A stretch of 63,979 bases of DNA, filler included, from Aduncisulcus paluster (Eukaryota), in the NCBI GenBank assembly GCA_024181965.1. It is 11 parts of 11 records of this genome, joined end to end, with 100 filler letters (N's around TTAATTAATTAA, not from the genome) between each part and the next. Parts side by side here need not be neighbours in the genome. Positions count along the whole stretch, not along the records: positions 52,081 to 61,318 come from BQXS01011423.1; positions 61,419 to 63,979 come from BQXS01011462.1; 9 more parts are not named here. One strand, 5' to 3'. A program made the translations under genes and the position numbers. Of the stretch, positions 57,947-63,979 are shown in pieces (position 1 is the stretch's first letter; every line of letters starts with the position of its first letter). The notes beneath the pieces were generated by a model. It saw only the letters and a program-made list of their open reading frames with translations. It did no database searches and had not been told where the DNA came from.

Positions 57947-59050
57947 TGATAATTGTTCGGTTATTTATTCCTTTTGTTTATATGCGTTATTAATTCATTA
58001 TTGATGGAGTTATATAGCTAGATTAACATTATTCATTATCAATCAGGGTTTTGTTATGTAGTTTTTATGCTTTGTCTTGGTCTTGGAATATTGTTGACAT
58101 TTCTGAATGTCCTTTTGTTCTTTCTTTCAATAGCTCAGTTATGTGTGTTGCAATATCGTGGAATCGATTGATTCTCATTTCTTTCTTTTTTGACTGGATA
58201 TTTTTTATGAATTGATCTTTAATGCCTGCAATCAACCTTCTGAGTGTCGAGTGTGATCTTGAATATCCTTTTATTTGCCTCAATCCAAGGCTCTTTTGTA
58301 TTTACTTATATTGAAAGATTTAAGCAAAATTATGAGGTTTTACAATTTAAATATTTAATATCCGCGTTTAATTTATCCATGACAGCTGTCAATGACAGTT
58401 TCAGTAAAGTTATATCTCGTTCATATGTCTTCCACTGGTATCTTAGCAAGATTCGTCGAATCTGATTCAAAAAGGATCATCATCATCAGATGATCACAAA
58501 TCTAATTTTACAAACTGGAATATAGTATAAATCTCAGTTTTAAATAAATTTGGACTTGTTATATAACCTTGAATCTCAGCGATAGTCTATACGGTACGAC
58601 TATAGGAACTCTATCCTCATCTGCGGGTGATGCGACAGAAAACAGGGGGCAACAAAACAGAATGGGGCAATCAATGTAGTATTCGAGATGGCAATGACAA
58701 TGATGTGGGGGAAGTACAACATACAATCGGCGTTCAAATAGAGCAAATATGATTCATCCACTCATCAATTAACAGCAACATTCATTCCAGTCACACGTGA
58801 TTCAATCAATATGACACACTGCTCATGTTTAATCTTGGTCTGATGCCAAACCTGAGAATATCATATCATATAAATATAAAACCGATATATTGTTTATAAA
58901 TAAAGATTTTCAATAAAATTATCATAAATAATGACCATTGAATTTCTTCTTTCGTGACAAAAAACGAAATCGACATATAGGGAAGATTGACAGCCCTACA
59001 AAGTAGAAAATACCAATGATTTTTTATTAAATGATATAATAACACGATTT

Positions 59051-61318
59051 TTATAAATTATGGATCAAACCCCGGTGAACCATTTCAACCAAAGCTTTTC
59101 TTCTTTCTTCAAGGAAATTAATATCTTGTAAAATGTGAATATTTTCACTATTCATTGTTTCTACCTCTTTTTCGGACTTTTCTTCACGTTTTTCTTCCTC
59201 TTCTTCCCCTTTTGGCATGGATTCAACAGATTGAAGAATGGGATAGGATTCCTCCTCTTCCTTTTCTTTCTGAGGAGATATTTCCACTAATTTTTCAGTA
59301 AAATTATCCTTCTGAACTATATCCTTTTGAACTGGCTCTTGACAAATTGCAGGGACTTCTACTGAAGGAGAAATAATATTCGTTTTCACAGTTAGACTGT
59401 CATCAGGTTTTGTAACCACTATTTCTCCCTTCTTCTCTTCTCTCTCTTCTTCTTTCTCCTCTTCCTTTTCCTTCGTTTTCTCTTCCTCTCCCTTCGTCCT
59501 TTCTTCCATTTCCCGTTTCTTTTCGGACAACTTTTTCTCATTTTCTCCATCTTGGTTGTTCTGAACTTGAGGTTGTGGCTGAGATTGTGCCTTCAGAGCC
59601 TCAAGTTGCGTTTTTATAGATTCCACGACTTTCTCTGCCTCTTGTCTTCTCCTCACCCTCTTGTTAACCTCCTTCGTTCTCTTCTTTTTCTCCTTACTTT
59701 CATCCTCGAGGGCATGAGCCAGTCTATCTTTCCTTGCTCTAAGCTCAACAAGGGCCAAATCAGTCGCAGCAAGCGCATCACTCAGACGCTTATGTTTGAC
59801 AACACTCTCATCAAGGTCGGATGCAGCGTTTTCAAGCTGAGTCTTGGTGAAGGAGAGGTGCTGGCGAGAAATAAATAGCTTGGAGAACAGCGAGGAAGGG
59901 AAAGGAGCTGCAGGAATGTCTTGTATCACGGGTTCTGTTGGAAGCTGAATAGAAATGGATTCCTTAGTTTCCTTTTGCTCTTTTTTATCGTTCAAGATGG
60001 ATACAATATCTATAGATGCTCCTTGGGATACAGCTTGAGAAGAATCTATTATTGGAGCACCGTCAGGAATATTGGGCTGTTGGAAAGAAGAGGGAGATGG
60101 TGGAGCTGAATGCGAAGAGGAGGAAGGCGGTTCTCTCTCTTCCTCTTCTTCTTCTTCTTCCTCTTTCATTGACTTTTGTTGACTTTTATCTTTATCTTCG
60201 ATAATAGGCATTTCATTAACAATCGACCGTTCCTCTTTCTCCTCCTTCAACACTTTTATCAAGGAATCAACTATCTGCAACCTTTTTACAGCAAGGCTCA
60301 GTGATGCAGCATTTGTAAGGGCCGCATCTGGAAGAGATAAAGCTTCAAATACGTTACCGAAAAGAGGATCGAGAGATGTGACCACTGAGGGAACATTATG
60401 CTGACCCACAGGGACAATCCCTCGTTTTCTCCTCTCCTCGGCAAATGCAACATCACTTAGGGCACGGAGACCACCAAGACCATCCCCCTGAATCGCAGAA
60501 GAGGACTTATCTGTACCTTTACCGCAAAATCCACAGATTCTGATCAATGCTGCAAGCTGAGTCTCGGATCTGATCTCAGTCGCAAGCAAAGAAGAGAGAG
60601 TGGGCGGTGCAAATGTTCGGACATCCCCTAACTGTGCGGGCGGAGGCAAGAAAGGCATGGCTTGATTAGGGTCAAGGAGATACGAAGGAGGAGGCGGGAA
60701 GAGAGGGGGTCGTGTGTGAGCTGGGAAAGAGAGAGGAGTGTCAACAGTCGCAGACCCAGGAATGAAGTGATCTTGTTGGGCATCATCAAGTTCATCAGCT
60801 TCACGATGGGAATGAGCAGTTGATTTAATATGGACAGAACCTTCGTCTTTCGCTTTGATGTCCACAGATTGACGTTTGTTGGTCACTTCAATACTATGAA
60901 TGTATTCTTGATTGTAATTCACACTGCTCCGACGCTGTCTACGCTTTCCAATTGGAACAGGACCAACGCTATATTTAGAAACAGACTCTGATATCGATCC
61001 TTTTCCCTCAATCTCCAATGGGGTTGCAGAAGAGGATGAAGAGGACATTGAAGCAGATGAAGTCAACGTTTGCTCTGAGGATTTCTTTCGCTCCTCTTCT
61101 TCTTTCCTCTCCTCTTCCTCCGATTGCAAGGCAATCCGTCTGGCCAGCTCCATGTCTTGTTGTTTTTGACGCTGTAATTTCTTCCTTTGTTCAGCCTTTT
61201 GCCTTTCTCTCTCTTTCTTTTTCTCCTTTTCTCTTTCCTTTCTTTCCTTCTCTTCCACAACTTTAGCCTTGGCTTCATCTATTATCCTTTGTTCTTCTTC
61301 TTCGATCTGTCTTTTCTT
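59051..61318 (-). CDS. Hypothetical Glu/Lys-rich coiled-coil protein, 5'-partial
   Basis: Open frame of more than 735 aa from the contig edge. It includes a UIM-like segment (QQDMELARRIALQSEEE). Confidence 0.8.
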   Translation of the reverse strand, partial: KKRQIEEEEQRIIDEAKAKVVEEKERKEREKEKKKERERQKAEQRKKLQRQKQQDMELARRIALQSEEEERKEEEERKKSSEQTLTSSASMSSSSSSATPLEIEGKGSISESVSKYSVGPVPIGKRRQRRSSVNYNQEYIHSIEVTNKRQSVDIKAKDEGSVHIKSTAHSHREADELDDAQQDHFIPGSATVDTPLSFPAHTRPPLFPPPPSYLLDPNQAMPFLPPPAQLGDVRTFAPPTLSSLLATEIRSETQLAALIRICGFCGKGTDKSSSAIQGDGLGGLRALSDVAFAEERRKRGIVPVGQHNVPSVVTSLDPLFGNVFEALSLPDAALTNAASLSLAVKRLQIVDSLIKVLKEEKEERSIVNEMPIIEDKDKSQQKSMKEEEEEEEEEREPPSSSSHSAPPSPSSFQQPNIPDGAPIIDSSQAVSQGASIDIVSILNDKKEQKETKESISIQLPTEPVIQDIPAAPFPSSLFSKLFISRQHLSFTKTQLENAASDLDESVVKHKRLSDALAATDLALVELRARKDRLAHALEDESKEKKKRTKEVNKRVRRRQEAEKVVESIKTQLEALKAQSQPQPQVQNNQDGENEKKLSEKKREMEERTKGEEEKTKEKEEEKEEEREEKKGEIVVTKPDDSLTVKTNIISPSVEVPAICQEPVQKDIVQKDNFTEKLVEISPQKEKEEEESYPILQSVESMPKGEEEEEKREEKSEKEVETMNSENIHILQDINFLEERRKALVEMVHRGLIHNL

Positions 61319-61420
61319 NNNNNNNNNNNNNNNNNNNNNNNNNNNNNNNNNNNNNNNNNNNNTTAATTAATTAANNNNNNNNNNNNNNNNNNNNNNNNNN
61401 NNNNNNNNNNNNNNNNNNCG

Positions 61421-63979
61421 AGTAATAGTCTTTCACCTCACAATGCCCATCAATCCCCGTGTTCTTCTTGTTGTTGTCTTTGTTCTACCTGTTCCTCTAC
61501 TTTTGTTCGTGGATATGATATGGCAGGCCATCCGAACAGTTATAACCTTGCCCGTGAGATCGCCAATGATCTTTCCCATAGCATCGACATTCTTTCTTGT
61601 CCCACCATGCCACTCTCAGAGGACCATTCTTTTTTGCAGCCACATCCCCTTGGTCTTCTCCTCATTGCTGCTCTCTCCATCACTCTTCTTGTTGTTTCTA
61701 TTATTTCTACTATGCTTACTACTGGGAATAGAATGAACTCTATTCCTTCCATGCTCATATTCTTGGCTGTTCTGTGTGTTTCCTTCCAGTCTGTCCTTGG
61801 CTATGGTTTCTCTGAAGAATGTTCCATGTATCTCTCTGAGGACGATCACTTGGTCTGCAATGAGGTATATCCTGGTCGTTACGCAGCCGAGTGTGAGGAT
61901 GGGTATTATTACAATGAGGCCACTTATTCTTGTGACATTGAAGATATGACATACCAATGTCCAACCATTAGTGATGAGTATCACATGTGCATCCTTGCTG
62001 ATGGAGATTCATCCCTTTCTCTGGGCTGTCGATCTGCCTGGTATGGTGATGATTGTGACCAGTTGTATCAGGTGCATATTCCAGACGCATTGTTCAGGGA
62101 GAAAGTGTGTAATTATGCCGGATATGATACATCAGCTGATCCACTATGTGATGTGTCTGAGTTTGAGATGGCACAAATTACAAATATGAAGGCATCCACC
62201 TTGCACATTTCGACCTTTGAAGGGGCACAGTATTTGATAAATATGGTTAATTTCAATGCTAAAAATACAGATGCAACTTCTGTTATTTTCCTTTCTTCTT
62301 TACAATTATCATTTTTATATCTATTTCTTAATGATAGTAATTATAATCTAAACATTTATGATTTCAATTCCTTGTTTACATTGAATAGATTGTATTACCT
62401 GAATATTTATGGAAACAAACAAATCTATGATATATCTGTCTCATATAGAAATGTTGGAATGTATGAGTTATTTATCTCAAATTCCGAGATAAATATTGGT
62501 AAAATTCCGCTTTGTAGATCAGAAACTAATACCGATTATTGGACTTTTATTTCTACTGTCTTTCCGATTCATTATTCAGGATTGGCTTATAAAAATCAAT
62601 ATTTCCTTTCTAATTCATGTCCTCTTAATGCCAATCCTGGGAACATTCCTTACAGCTGTACCTCAGACAACAGTGAATGCCCTTCCATTGTTCGAAACGA
62701 AGTGTACAACAGTATCGATGGTGTGAACGAGAAACAATGTGCATTCATTGCTAAGGAAGGCTCTGATGGCGAGTGTTACACTGTTCATGATGATAATATT
62801 CGCCAATACCTGAAAGATTATTGTCTTTCTGAAGGTGACCCTGAAATGAATGGTATCATCAGTGTTGCCACGATGCGTAGTAAGTTGACATGTTCTTCGT
62901 TGTCGCTCTCTGAAGTTGTTTTCAGTTCTTCCTCATCCGTTTCTACTGTTGATGAGATCACGACTCTTCAGGGTCTTGAGTATGCCCAAGGTACAGATTC
63001 AAATGGCGAGTCCATTGGTTTGACATCTCTCAACATTGATGGGTATGACTTGAGTGGAGATATCAATGAGAATGCCGAGTATGATAAGTTAGTTGTTCAG
63101 ATCTTAGCGAAGGCTGTGACATTTTTGAATTCAGATGTTTCCATTGATTATGGGGTCACATCTCTCTCTGCTAGTGGATGTGGATTACATGATGTCAGGG
63201 ATGTTCTTGACCTGACTCAGATTGATGAAAAAGATCAAACTACCAAATTATTCAAACTCACTTCACTTGATCTCTCCAACAACAACATCTCAGATGTGTC
63301 TGTTCTCATCACATCTTCCATGTTCTCTGATGGAGTTCTCACAACCCTTGACATCAGTGGCAATAACATCTGTGATATCGAAGGAATGGTGAGTGCTCTA
63401 CAATCCAACTTCCCAACCCTATCATCTATAACATATTCTGACCAAACATGCCATTGTTCTGCATCTGTGTCTTCTTCATCCTACCAAGTGTGTCGTGAAG
63501 TTTATCCCGATCAATGGGCTGTTGAGTGCTGGAATGGGTACTATCTCGACAAATCGACTGGAGAATGTGTTGCTGCATGTGATAGTGGCTTTGAACTTGA
63601 TACTGAAAGTGGAACTTGTGTATATATGAGTGCCTCTGTTGATGATGCCATTCGTGTCCAAGTATGTGAAGGCCATTCCAATATGATGCCTGTTCTTGAG
63701 GAAGGAGCTTCATCCATCACATGTGGATGTCGATCTGGTTTCCATGGAGATTCCTGTGAATATGTTGACATTCCCGATTCCAACCTTCGAAGTGCTGTGT
63801 GTCTGGCTGTTGTTAATCCAAGTGCTCACGATTCCTCCTGTGATGATCTGACTCTTTCAGACATGGCAACCGTGACCTCTGTGAGTGCTTCCATTGTGGA
63901 CTCCTTTGAAGGTCTTCAATCTGCTGTGAACCTCACGTCTTTGTCTATCTCTGGCACTTCGTCTAGTTCTGTGTCCATT
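61421..63979 (+). CDS. LRR + Cys-rich/EGF surface protein, runs off the window
   Basis: Manual translation gives a stop-free frame: signal-like MNSIPSMLIFLAVLCVSFQSVLG (ATG 61733), CRSAWYGDDC, IPDALFREKVC, LTSLDLSNNNISDVS, CREVYPDQWAVECWNGYYLD, CRSGFHGDSC and IPDSNLRSAVC. It is missing from the ORF track because it has no stop. Confidence 0.9.

Overview
This window is not one locus. It holds 11 unrelated eukaryotic contigs joined by artificial 100-nt linkers (N44-TTAATTAATTAA-N44), so gene neighbourhood is only meaningful within a contig. The source appears to be an AT-rich, intron-sparse anaerobic flagellate using the standard code. The gene families suggest a free-living fornicate such as Aduncisulcus paluster; this is an inference and was not verified. 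Core eukaryotic genes are REV3 (Pol zeta), Raptor (split by a frameshift), Sec31, Sec11, Cdc73, a PP4-type phosphatase, Rpn3, SAS-4/CENPJ, a TMC/anoctamin-superfamily channel and tRNA-Phe(GAA). Three GT-AG introns can be placed exactly. Prokaryote-type metabolic genes are a YgeW knotted carbamoyltransferase, an Fe/Mn superoxide dismutase and an ADP-forming acetyl-CoA synthetase. Expanded lineage families include three LRR + Cys-rich/EGF surface proteins and a kinase with a tandem unknown beta domain. One contig holds decayed CMC/Plavaka-like and MULE-like transposase remnants. The most notable observations are: (1) YgeW integrated among intron-bearing eukaryotic genes, hinting at anaerobic purine-catabolic ATP generation in a eukaryote; (2) a TMC-like channel retaining TMEM16-type Ca2+ ligands; (3) an inverted-repeat-bounded element beside the tRNA that shares a dispersed repeat with another contig; (4) the tandem-domain kinase; (5) a compositionally mosaic LRR gene.
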